Assembly (NCBI RefSeq): GCF_000025925.1
Contig: NC_014033.1
Coordinates: 720,001-752,000 of the forward strand
Direction of reading: 5' to 3'
Origin: Xylanibacter ruminicola 23
GTDB lineage: Bacteria; Bacteroidota; Bacteroidia; Bacteroidales; Bacteroidaceae
DNA: 32,000 nt
The notes beneath the pieces are model-generated. The model was not told the DNA's origin. It did no database searches and worked only from the letters and a program-made list of their open reading frames with translations. A program made the translations under genes and the position numbers. Below are positions 8,466 to 15,681 of the stretch, in pieces (within the stretch, counting starts at the first letter, position 1; each line of letters begins with the position of its first letter).

Positions 8466-8475
8466 AAAGAGGAGG
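8466..8475 (+). promoter_or_regulatory. Shine-Dalgarno-like decamer AAAGAGGAGG, 10 nt upstream of the rplI ATG
   Basis: Direct reading. Identical to the decamer at 8179-8188. Confidence 0.6.
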
Positions 8476-8485
8476 ACGCAAGATT

Positions 8486-9076
8486 ATGGAAATTATACTG
8501 AAAGAAGATATTATCGGTCTGGGATTCAAGAACGATATCGTGAATGTAAAGTCTGGCTATGGCCGTAACTACCTCATCCCTCAGGGAAAGGGTGTTATTG
8601 CTAGCCCTTCAGCTAAGAAGATTCTCGCAGAGAACCTGAAGCAGCAGGCTCACAAGCTGGCTGCCCTCAAGGCTGCTGCCGAGGAGAAGGCTGCTCAGCT
8701 CAATGGTGTAGTTGTAGAGGTTGCCGCTAAGGTAAGCGTAACTGGCCAGCTCTATGGTTCAGTTGGTGCTGCTCAGGTTGCCGACGAGCTCGCTAAGCTG
8801 GGTAAGGAGGTTGATCGCAAGATCATCACCATGAAGGATGCCAAGAAGGTTGGCGACTATGTAGCTCTGGTACACTTCCACAAGGAGGTTATCGTTGAGC
8901 TCCCTGTAAAGGTAGTTGCTGAGAATGCTGCTGAGCTGCAGGCTGCTGCTGATGCTGAGGCTGCCATCAAGGCTGCTGCTGATGCAAAGAAGGCTGCTGC
9001 TAACGAGGCAGAGGCTGCTGAGGCTGCCGACGAGGCTGAGGCTCTCGAGGCAATCGATGCTCCTGCTGAGGCATAA
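8486..9076 (+). CDS. rplI: 50S ribosomal protein L9 (bL9) with a C-terminal Ala/Glu-rich extension of about 50 aa
   Basis: The N-terminus MEIILKEDIIGLGFKNDIVNVKSGYGRNYLIPQGK is typical of L9. The canonical body ends near aa 146, and residues 147-196 are low-complexity A/E/D/K. Confidence 0.93.
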   Translation: MEIILKEDIIGLGFKNDIVNVKSGYGRNYLIPQGKGVIASPSAKKILAENLKQQAHKLAALKAAAEEKAAQLNGVVVEVAAKVSVTGQLYGSVGAAQVADELAKLGKEVDRKIITMKDAKKVGDYVALVHFHKEVIVELPVKVVAENAAELQAAADAEAAIKAAADAKKAAANEAEAAEAADEAEALEAIDAPAEA

Positions 9077-9144
9077 CTTAAAAAGATTAAATCATAACAA
9101 TTAATAACATGCTGTAAGGCATCATTATTTATTATGACACAGCG

Positions 9145-9172
9145 TCCCGAGGGTTCTCCCTCGGGATTTTTT
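9145..9172 (+). terminator. Rho-independent terminator of the rpsF-rpsR-rplI operon
   Basis: 9-bp stem TCCCGAGGG / CCCTCGGGA with loop TTCT, followed by T6. Confidence 0.85.
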
Positions 9173-9216
9173 GTGCCAAATAATGTAAAAGCCTTGCTTA
9201 ACTGCCCGAAAGTGCT

Positions 9217-9224
9217 TATCTTTG
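9217..9224 (+). promoter_or_regulatory. -7 box TATCTTTG for the membrane winged-helix regulator gene
   Basis: TAnnTTTG match 22 nt upstream of the ATG at 9246. Confidence 0.55.
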
Positions 9225-9245
9225 CAACCAGAATAATAAACCTTG

Positions 9246-9920
9246 ATGAAGATGAAACAGAAATACGCCGTATTGGTGTTCCTGATGCTGATTGCCGCAT
9301 CGGCAGTTACAAGTTTCAGTAGCTATCGCGCTACCGAGAGTCTGGTCCAGAAGGATATGAGTCAGGCTTTGGCTTTTGCCCTCGACGAGCAGCAGAGCGA
9401 TGTGATTACTGCCGATACCATTAAAGTGTTTAACCGTCATCTGCAGTTAGATGCTCTGCGCGGTCAGGCCCTGCTGGCTGTCGATACCCGTCAGCATGCG
9501 TTCCGTTGCGAGGCCCAGTGTTCAGCTGCTACCATTTTCTCGATGTCGGAGCAGCGCCCGGCTTTGGCTTTGTGCACCTTGGCCATGCTGTGGGGTATGT
9601 TCTGCCTGTATCAGCACCGCCGACAGATGATTGAGGGTCTTTATGGCGGGTTGGCTTTACTGGATGGCCGCATTGTTGATGCCAAAGGCAACGTGGTAAA
9701 ACTCACGCCCATGCAACAACAGCTGATGGAGATGTTTTTCCGTTCACCCAATCACAGCCTGTCGAAAACCGAAATCTGCGACACGTTATGGCCTAAAAAG
9801 GATGATGCCAGCGAAACGCTTTACACGCTTATCCGTCGTTTAAAGCCCATCATCGAGGCCCATTCAGATTTAAAGATCGAGGCCGACCGCGGAAAAGCTT
9901 ACGAATTGAAAATCAAGTAG
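9246..9920 (+). CDS. Membrane-anchored transcriptional regulator with a C-terminal OmpR/PhoB-type winged-helix DNA-binding domain and no receiver domain
   Basis: Two hydrophobic segments (about aa 9-25 and 106-122) bracket a loop of about 80 aa. The C-terminal region LTPMQQQLMEMFF...LSKTEICDTLWP...TLYTLIRRLKPII...IEADRGKAYELK resembles Trans_reg_C. The track start at 9243 is TTG; the ATG at 9246 is preferred. Confidence 0.65.
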   Translation: MKMKQKYAVLVFLMLIAASAVTSFSSYRATESLVQKDMSQALAFALDEQQSDVITADTIKVFNRHLQLDALRGQALLAVDTRQHAFRCEAQCSAATIFSMSEQRPALALCTLAMLWGMFCLYQHRRQMIEGLYGGLALLDGRIVDAKGNVVKLTPMQQQLMEMFFRSPNHSLSKTEICDTLWPKKDDASETLYTLIRRLKPIIEAHSDLKIEADRGKAYELKIK

Positions 9921-9939
9921 TTATCACATAAATACCTTA

Positions 9940-9971
9940 TCTCTTCATACCATGTATGGGGAGACTTTTTT
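9940..9971 (+). terminator. Rho-independent terminator after the regulator gene
   Basis: 11-bp stem TCTCTTCATAC / GTATGGGGAGA (two G-U pairs) with a 3-nt loop, followed by CTTTTTT. Confidence 0.65.
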
Positions 9972-10040
9972 GTTAAATACAGTTAATGCTTGTTTGGTTT
10001 CGGACCGTTTATGTGTCTGATTAGTGTAAAGCAAAAGTAA

Positions 10041-10535
10041 ATGGAAAAAAATGCATTCGAACAGATAGCCCGCACGTGGCGCGAAAAAGCCATCAGTGTA
10101 AGTCTCCACTATGGTGCGGGTAGGGAAGAGGCCGAGGACATCGCACAGGATGTGATGCTTCGTCTGTGGCAGATGCACCATGAACTGGAGCGATACCAAT
10201 CGGTAGAGGCCATCGTGTCGCTGATGTCGAAACATCTGCTGCGAAACCACCAAAGGCGAAAACCTACCGAGGCGCTCAACGAGGCCACCGTGGTGGGGCT
10301 AACAACCAGTCCGCACGAAGAGCTGGAGAGCAAGGAGAACGAGCAATGGCTACATAACCGACTGGCCCAGCTGCCCACAACACAGCGCACCTTACTTTAC
10401 ATGCGACAAGTAGAGCGGCGCAGTCACGAAGAGATAGCCCAACTGTTAGGCATCGAGCCCACATCGGTAAGTACCCTGCTGGCCAGAGCCCGACGAACAT
10501 TATTACAAGAAATCAAACAGCGAAACGAGTTATGA
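10041..10535 (+). CDS. ECF-type RNA polymerase sigma factor (sigma-70 family, regions 2 and 4)
   Basis: 164 aa. Region 2-like EAEDIAQDVMLRLW and region 4 HTH LLYMRQVERRSHEEIAQLLGIEPTSVSTLLARARRTL. Confidence 0.85.
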   Translation: MEKNAFEQIARTWREKAISVSLHYGAGREEAEDIAQDVMLRLWQMHHELERYQSVEAIVSLMSKHLLRNHQRRKPTEALNEATVVGLTTSPHEELESKENEQWLHNRLAQLPTTQRTLLYMRQVERRSHEEIAQLLGIEPTSVSTLLARARRTLLQEIKQRNEL

Positions 10536-11191
10536 TACAGTACACCAAGGAATACATTCAGGAGTTGCTTACCAAATATATGGACGGCACTTCTACGCTC
10601 GACGAGGAGGATATCCTGAGCAGCTACTTCAAGGGCGATAACATCCCCGAGGAGTGGACCTGCTACCAGCAGCTGTTCCAGGAGATCGAGGCCATGCAGC
10701 CCGTTGCAGAGCCTGCTGATATTCAGTCTGCCGCAGAGCAGAAACCCAAAAGCCGTCGCCGTTGGATGGTTTGGAGCCTGGCTGCTGCAGCCGTTGTTGC
10801 CGGTGTGGTGTATCTGGCCGTTCCCTCTCATCAGTCGGCGTTTGTGCCCGCAGCACCGCTCACCGCTCAGACCGATACCACAACGGTACAGTCGGCAACC
10901 GAGATGGTGATGCCTCAAAACGAGACGGTTCGTGCCGATACGCTGTTGGCACCCAAGGCGGCTGCCCAGCCTGCCCCCGCCAAGAAGCGTAGCAAGCGCA
11001 AGATAGTGCCCACTATCCACGATATCGATAAGGCATACGCCCTGATGGCGCAGGTTAAAGCCCAGGCACAGGCCGAAGACGAGATGATAGAGGCGAAGAT
11101 GGCCGCTTACGGCTACATTCCCGTGATGCAAGAAGATGGTACCATAGTATATATTAACGAACAAACAAATTTTATTGCATATGAAGAGTAA
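10532..11191 (+). CDS. Putative single-pass anti-sigma factor
   Basis: ATGA start/stop overlap with the sigma gene. The N-terminal motif LLTKYMDGTSTLDEEDILSSYF is of the kind seen in Bacteroidetes anti-sigma partners. One TM (WMVWSLAAAAVVAGVVYLAV), then an A/P/Q-rich linker and a short C-terminal domain. Confidence 0.6.
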   Translation: MIQYTKEYIQELLTKYMDGTSTLDEEDILSSYFKGDNIPEEWTCYQQLFQEIEAMQPVAEPADIQSAAEQKPKSRRRWMVWSLAAAAVVAGVVYLAVPSHQSAFVPAAPLTAQTDTTTVQSATEMVMPQNETVRADTLLAPKAAAQPAPAKKRSKRKIVPTIHDIDKAYALMAQVKAQAQAEDEMIEAKMAAYGYIPVMQEDGTIVYINEQTNFIAYEE

Positions 11192-12146
11192 AAACTTAAT
11201 TCTGTCGGCCATGCTGATGGCGCTGCCCTCAACTTTGATGGCGCAGCAGAACATTCAGAAGGCATTTGATGCCCTGCTGAAGGATAAGATAGTAGAAACC
11301 AAGACCGAGCATATCTTGGAGCATGATCCCGAAACGGGACTGAAGAGTGCTCAGGCCGATGTCTATGATTTTGTGATCACTAACGCCTCTGCGCTTAAGC
11401 ATATCAAGAATATCCAGCAAGCTTTCGAGCAAGATAAGAGTGCTGCTTATTCTCTGCGCACAGTGAATCGTACTAACAACGAATCGCAGCGCGGCTTCTT
11501 TGAGCAGATGGGATCCAAGATGGGTTTGAATCAAGTGGCGCTGAGAGTGGGCGACGGCATATCGCAGTCGGTAGCTATTGGCAGTATGCCCAATTCAAAG
11601 TATATCTATGCTTGTTTCCTTGATAAGGAGCGTACCGATAAGGACTATCGTTATGCCTATGCGATGGAGTGGGCCGAGAACGACGGCAAGACCGAGTTCC
11701 GTCTTGCTATTACCTATGGTACAAAGAACGAGCAACGCAAGTCTAAAATCAAGCATATTTCGGTAAACAGTAAGGACTTTGATCTGAACAGTCTGGATTC
11801 GATTTTTAGCAATGTGGGTAATTTGGCCGAAATGATTAAGGATAACATAGGGTATAACTTCGATGCCAGTTTGGATTACGATTCTATCATGCCGGCTGGT
11901 GCCAAAGCGTCTCACATCTGGCTCAGCGAGTTTAACTCTTACAAGAAGTTCTTCCTAAAGAATCCCGATGGCAATACTGCTACCCACCACGCCACCTCGA
12001 TCTACAATCTCTGCAAGAACGCAGATGGACTTGAGCCTGACGAAAAGAAGTTGGCTGCCAAGGAAATAGCGAAGCTTAAGAAAGCCACCAAGGACGATTT
12101 TATCCAGAATCTGTTCGATATGTGCATCGAACGACTCGGCAAATAA
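11181..12146 (+). CDS. Secreted protein of unknown function; third gene of the ECF operon
   Basis: Signal peptide MKSKNLILSAMLMALPSTLMAQQ. The ATG overlaps the anti-sigma stop by 11 nt (the track start at 11175 is TTG). I recognise no family. Confidence 0.6.
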   Translation: MKSKNLILSAMLMALPSTLMAQQNIQKAFDALLKDKIVETKTEHILEHDPETGLKSAQADVYDFVITNASALKHIKNIQQAFEQDKSAAYSLRTVNRTNNESQRGFFEQMGSKMGLNQVALRVGDGISQSVAIGSMPNSKYIYACFLDKERTDKDYRYAYAMEWAENDGKTEFRLAITYGTKNEQRKSKIKHISVNSKDFDLNSLDSIFSNVGNLAEMIKDNIGYNFDASLDYDSIMPAGAKASHIWLSEFNSYKKFFLKNPDGNTATHHATSIYNLCKNADGLEPDEKKLAAKEIAKLKKATKDDFIQNLFDMCIERLGK

Positions 12147-12173
12147 CCTGCTGAAAATTAGATGGTTCGCTCG

Positions 12174-12202
12174 TTGTCAGTGAATTGTCAGACAAATGTC
12201 AG
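12174..12202 (+). promoter_or_regulatory. Three direct repeats of TGTCAG at exact 11-bp phasing (starts 12175, 12186, 12197); candidate regulator-binding site
   Basis: Direct reading: TTGTCAGtgaaTTGTCAGacaaATGTCAG, located 33-60 bp upstream of the -7 box at 12235. Confidence 0.5.
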
Positions 12203-12234
12203 CCAAATAATTCTCTCTCTTTATATTCTCTTCA

Positions 12235-12242
12235 TACCTTTG
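12235..12242 (+). promoter_or_regulatory. -7 box TACCTTTG for the lipoprotein gene starting at 12261
   Basis: TAnnTTTG match 18 nt upstream of the ATG at 12261. It lies inside the N-terminal extension of the tracked ORF, which argues for the internal start. Confidence 0.6.
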
Positions 12243-12260
12243 CAGTCAAAAACTACAGGT

Positions 12261-12803
12261 ATGAGGAGATTCTTATTTTTAGCGTTTGGTGCGTTTGTGA
12301 TTTTTATGGTATATATGTCGAACTGTGGTGGATGTAATGACCGTCCGTTGGCCGAGAAGCTGGAGCGGGCGATGACGCAGACACGGCTGGTGACTTATCA
12401 CGATGATGATTACGATTACACCATTAAATACCCGATGTTTTTTGAACCTTCCGACGATTCGCTGATGGAGAAAGGTAGCTGTAGGTTCAGCTTCTGGCAG
12501 GACAGCATCGAGATTGTGCTGGCGGCCTTTGTGCAACGTAATGCCGACTCGCTCAGCGTCGATCAGGCTGCCAACAAATACGCAGCTGAGCTGCATGCCA
12601 CGCACCAGCGCACGGGTAATAACTTCTTTATTCTTTCAGGCTCGCTGCATAGCGACACAGGTCAGATTACCGGGCGCCGCTTTTATGCAAAGTTTGTGCG
12701 TCATCGCAAACTCTGGTTTGTACAAACCCTCACGTATCCCGAAGAATGCGAGCGCGCCATGAGTCGACTGCTTAAAGAGATAGCTGCCTGGCAGGTTTGG
12801 TAA
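12261..12803 (+). CDS. Lipoprotein of unknown function (180 aa)
   Basis: The internal start gives MRRFLFLAFGAFVIFMVYMSNCGGC (signal plus lipobox Cys). The upstream 33 codons of the track ORF contain the promoter box. Confidence 0.6.
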   Translation: MRRFLFLAFGAFVIFMVYMSNCGGCNDRPLAEKLERAMTQTRLVTYHDDDYDYTIKYPMFFEPSDDSLMEKGSCRFSFWQDSIEIVLAAFVQRNADSLSVDQAANKYAAELHATHQRTGNNFFILSGSLHSDTGQITGRRFYAKFVRHRKLWFVQTLTYPEECERAMSRLLKEIAAWQVW

Positions 12804-12858
12804 TCACAAAAAATATTAAATACGTGCAAGTAAGAAGAGTTTTCTCGGAAAGAATGCT

Positions 12859-12866
12859 TACATTTG
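12859..12866 (+). promoter_or_regulatory. -7 box TACATTTG for the outer-membrane barrel gene
   Basis: TAnnTTTG match 29 nt upstream of the ATG at 12896. Confidence 0.55.
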
Positions 12867-12895
12867 CACCGCTAAATTACATAAACATTATATTA

Positions 12896-15163
12896 ATGAA
12901 GAAACTGACATTTCTAACTCTCATGGCATTAGCTTCGGCACATGGAGCTATGGCTCAGACTCAGGCCGACTCGCTCAGAGCCGACAGCATTTTTAAATCG
13001 CTCGAACTACAGGGCGTTGAGGTCGTTAAACAGAAGGCATTGGTCAAGTCGGATATCGACAAGATTACTTATAATATCGAAGATGACCCTGACTCCAAGT
13101 CGAATTCCACTCTCGATATGCTGCGTAAAGTACCGATGGTGACCGTCGACGGCGAAGATAACATCCAGGTAAATGGTTCAAGTTCGTTCAAGGTGTATGT
13201 AAACAGTAAACCTAACCAAATGATGTCGAACAACCCTAAGGAGGTACTTAAAAGTATGCCCGCCAGCAGCATCAAGCGCATCGAGGTAATCACCAATCCC
13301 GGTCCCAAGTACGATGCCGAAGGTGTAGGTGGTATTCTCAATATCATCACTCATGGCAAAAATATCGAGGGATATACCGCTACCTTTAGAGCAAATGTGC
13401 ATAATCAGGGCTTGGGTGCAGGCGCCTATACCACAGTCAAGAGCGGCAAACTCACTATGAGCGCCAACGTTAACTACAACTACAACGATCGTCCACGTGG
13501 CTATTCGGGCAGTACCCGTAAGACCGTCGGTAACATCAGCAATTCATCGTCCGACATCGAGAGTTCAAGCTGGTCGGATTCTCACGGCAACTCTAAGTAT
13601 GGTTCGCTCGAAGCCAGTTACGAGATTGATACCCTTCGCCTGCTTACTGCCTCGTTCGATCTCTATGGTGGAGGCAGCAATGGCGAAGGTGAAAGTTCGC
13701 TTTTGGCCACATCGCCGCTCACGGGCAATCATCTGTACAGCTACAACACGTTTCAGCGTTCAAAGAGCAGCTATGCCTATATCGATGGAGGTATCGACTA
13801 TCAACGCACTTTTTCCGTCGAGGATCGCTTGTTTACGCTGTCGTATAAGATAAGCGCAGAACCTGATGACAACGACTCGTACGTAGATTATGCCGACCTG
13901 CAGGCCGCTGATGGTTGGGAGACATTCCTGCAGCGAATGAAGAACCAGCACAACGATGGCAGCCACAACACCATGGAGCACACGTTCCAGGTGGATTATA
14001 CCACGCCATTCGCCAAGTATCATAATATCGAGATGGGATTAAAGTATATCCTGCGCAACAATACCTCGGAGGATGACCGCTACGAGAGTGATGTCTTCGA
14101 CCGCGATTATTCGTCGCACTATAAGCATCGCAATGATATCATGGCTGCCTATTTGGGGTATGGACTGAAGATCAAGAAGTTTTCTGGTCGCTTAGGACTG
14201 CGCTACGAACATACCCTACAGGATGTGGAGTATAAACTCGGTCGTGGCGATGATTTCACCAAACATTTCAATGATTTCGTGCCATCGGCCAGCATAGGCT
14301 ATAAACTCGGTCAGGCCACCAATCTGCGCCTGGGCTACGATATGCGTATCTACCGTCCGGGCATCTGGTATCTTAATCCATATCTCGACGATTCTACACC
14401 CACCAACATCAATCAGGGAAATCCTAATCTCGACAGCGAGAAAAATCATTCGTTCAACCTCAGTTTCAGCAATTTTACGCCCAAGTTCAATATTAATCTC
14501 GCCTTGCGCTATGGCTTTACTCGTAATAGTATTGAGAATGTGGTAAAGATGATGCCCGACACCAAGATTGCTGGACTTAAGAACCCCACCGGCAAGGATG
14601 TGCTCTACACAAGCTACGAAAACATTGGTCATCGCGAGGGCGTTAACCTGAATGCGTATGTAAACTGGAATGCCAGCAAGAATACCCGTATCTATATGAA
14701 CAGCAGCCTGTCGTATACCGATATGAACGATGGTGGCACGCTGTCGAACTCAGGATGGGAACTCTTTGCCTATGGTGGCGCCCAGCAGACTTTGCCTAAA
14801 GACTGGCGCATCTCGTGCAATATCTATGCTATCACACCTAACGTACGTTTGCAGGGACGTGGCAGCAGCTACAGTAACTATTCGCTTAGCATCCAGAAGT
14901 CGTGGCTCAAAAATCGCCTCAATCTTACGCTGAGTGCCTCAAACTTCCTGAAGAAGTATAAGTATTTCAACTATCATACTACCGATAGTTTCTTCGAGGC
15001 TGCTAACTGGTCGAAGAACCTAAGTCAGACATTCTCGCTCAGCATCAGCTATCGCATAGGTGAGCTGAAGGCCAGCGTTAAAAAGGCCGAACGCTCTATC
15101 ACTAACGATGACGTGAAGGGCGGCGGCGGTTCTAATGGCGGTAGTAATTCTGATTCAAATTAA
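12896..15163 (+). CDS. Outer-membrane beta-barrel family protein with a TonB-dependent-receptor-type plug domain
   Basis: The internal start gives signal peptide MKKLTFLTLMALASAHGAMAQ. Plug-like region DMLRKVPMVTVDGEDNIQVNGSS...IKRIEVITNPGPKYDAEGVGGILNIIT, then a long Y/N/S/G-rich segment with alternating beta-strand character. Gly/Ser/Asn-rich tail. No STN or carboxypeptidase-regulatory N-terminal domain was seen. Confidence 0.7.
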   Translation: MKKLTFLTLMALASAHGAMAQTQADSLRADSIFKSLELQGVEVVKQKALVKSDIDKITYNIEDDPDSKSNSTLDMLRKVPMVTVDGEDNIQVNGSSSFKVYVNSKPNQMMSNNPKEVLKSMPASSIKRIEVITNPGPKYDAEGVGGILNIITHGKNIEGYTATFRANVHNQGLGAGAYTTVKSGKLTMSANVNYNYNDRPRGYSGSTRKTVGNISNSSSDIESSSWSDSHGNSKYGSLEASYEIDTLRLLTASFDLYGGGSNGEGESSLLATSPLTGNHLYSYNTFQRSKSSYAYIDGGIDYQRTFSVEDRLFTLSYKISAEPDDNDSYVDYADLQAADGWETFLQRMKNQHNDGSHNTMEHTFQVDYTTPFAKYHNIEMGLKYILRNNTSEDDRYESDVFDRDYSSHYKHRNDIMAAYLGYGLKIKKFSGRLGLRYEHTLQDVEYKLGRGDDFTKHFNDFVPSASIGYKLGQATNLRLGYDMRIYRPGIWYLNPYLDDSTPTNINQGNPNLDSEKNHSFNLSFSNFTPKFNINLALRYGFTRNSIENVVKMMPDTKIAGLKNPTGKDVLYTSYENIGHREGVNLNAYVNWNASKNTRIYMNSSLSYTDMNDGGTLSNSGWELFAYGGAQQTLPKDWRISCNIYAITPNVRLQGRGSSYSNYSLSIQKSWLKNRLNLTLSASNFLKKYKYFNYHTTDSFFEAANWSKNLSQTFSLSISYRIGELKASVKKAERSITNDDVKGGGGSNGGSNSDSN

Positions 15164-15172
15164 TCATAAAAT

Positions 15173-15196
15173 AAGCCGCACTATTCTGTGCGGCTT
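15173..15196. terminator. Bidirectional terminator hairpin between the barrel gene and the convergent membrane-protein gene
   Basis: 9-bp stem AAGCCGCAC / GTGCGGCTT with a 6-nt loop. It has an A-rich 5' flank and a T-rich 3' flank. The right arm and loop overlap the last codons of the minus-strand ORF. Confidence 0.65.
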
Positions 15197-15681
15197 GTTA
15201 TTTTCTGGAGATGTAATCTCTCGTTTAGTTGCTTCAGTAGCTCTTGGGGCTTGATGTCCAGGTAGCGCGTGGGGATTTCGTAGGGAGCACCGGGACTGAG
15301 TTTATAGCCCATGCGTGTTTCGCGGGTTTCGTCCAGATACTCATCGGTACGATAATTCTCGTGTTCCTGCTTGTAGTGTATGCCTATCAGATACTGCCCC
15401 TTGTAGGTAAGCGGATAGAAATCCTCTACGTCGCGGAAGCAGACCGTCCACTTATACCTGCTTTTTATCTCTACGCATTCGTCGTTGACAATGATGCGAC
15501 GCCAACCTCTGATCAGTTCGATCGCTAAATTAACGAACATGACAGCAGCGAATGCACTAACGAATCTGAAGGCGTCTTCGTTGCACATAGAAAAGTATGC
15601 CACAACGCCAACCAATGGAACAAGAATCAGCAGTCCTATGGCGGGCAACTTTTTCGAGTAGTTAACTTTAAGTACTTTCAT
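15181..15681 (-). CDS. Membrane protein: two N-terminal TM helices plus a soluble domain of about 100 aa, function unknown
   Basis: 166 aa. Its start overlaps the TraB/GumN stop by 1 nt (TAATG). Hydrophobic segments are LPAIGLLILVPLVGVVAYF and FVSAFAAVMFVNLAIELI. Confidence 0.6.
   Translation of the reverse strand: MKVLKVNYSKKLPAIGLLILVPLVGVVAYFSMCNEDAFRFVSAFAAVMFVNLAIELIRGWRRIIVNDECVEIKSRYKWTVCFRDVEDFYPLTYKGQYLIGIHYKQEHENYRTDEYLDETRETRMGYKLSPGAPYEIPTRYLDIKPQELLKQLNERLHLQKITSRTE

Noticed and set aside
8900-9076. GCT/GAG-rich quasi-repetitive DNA, considered as a possible tandem repeat or CRISPR-like array
   Set aside because: It has no fixed unit length and no spacer structure. It is in frame with rplI and is explained as a low-complexity Ala/Glu coding tract.
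9972-10040. Attempt to name ECF -35/-10 elements (GGTTTC ... CTGATT) upstream of the sigma gene
   Set aside because: The match to generic ECF consensus is weak, and I have no regulon data. Only the absence of a sigma-A box is reported.
12162-12260. N-terminal extensions of tracked ORFs (12162, 12797, 17160, 20920, 9243, 11175, 26870)
   Set aside because: The extensions begin at GTG/TTG or contain the TAnnTTTG promoter box. Internal ATGs give proper signal peptides or canonical N-termini.
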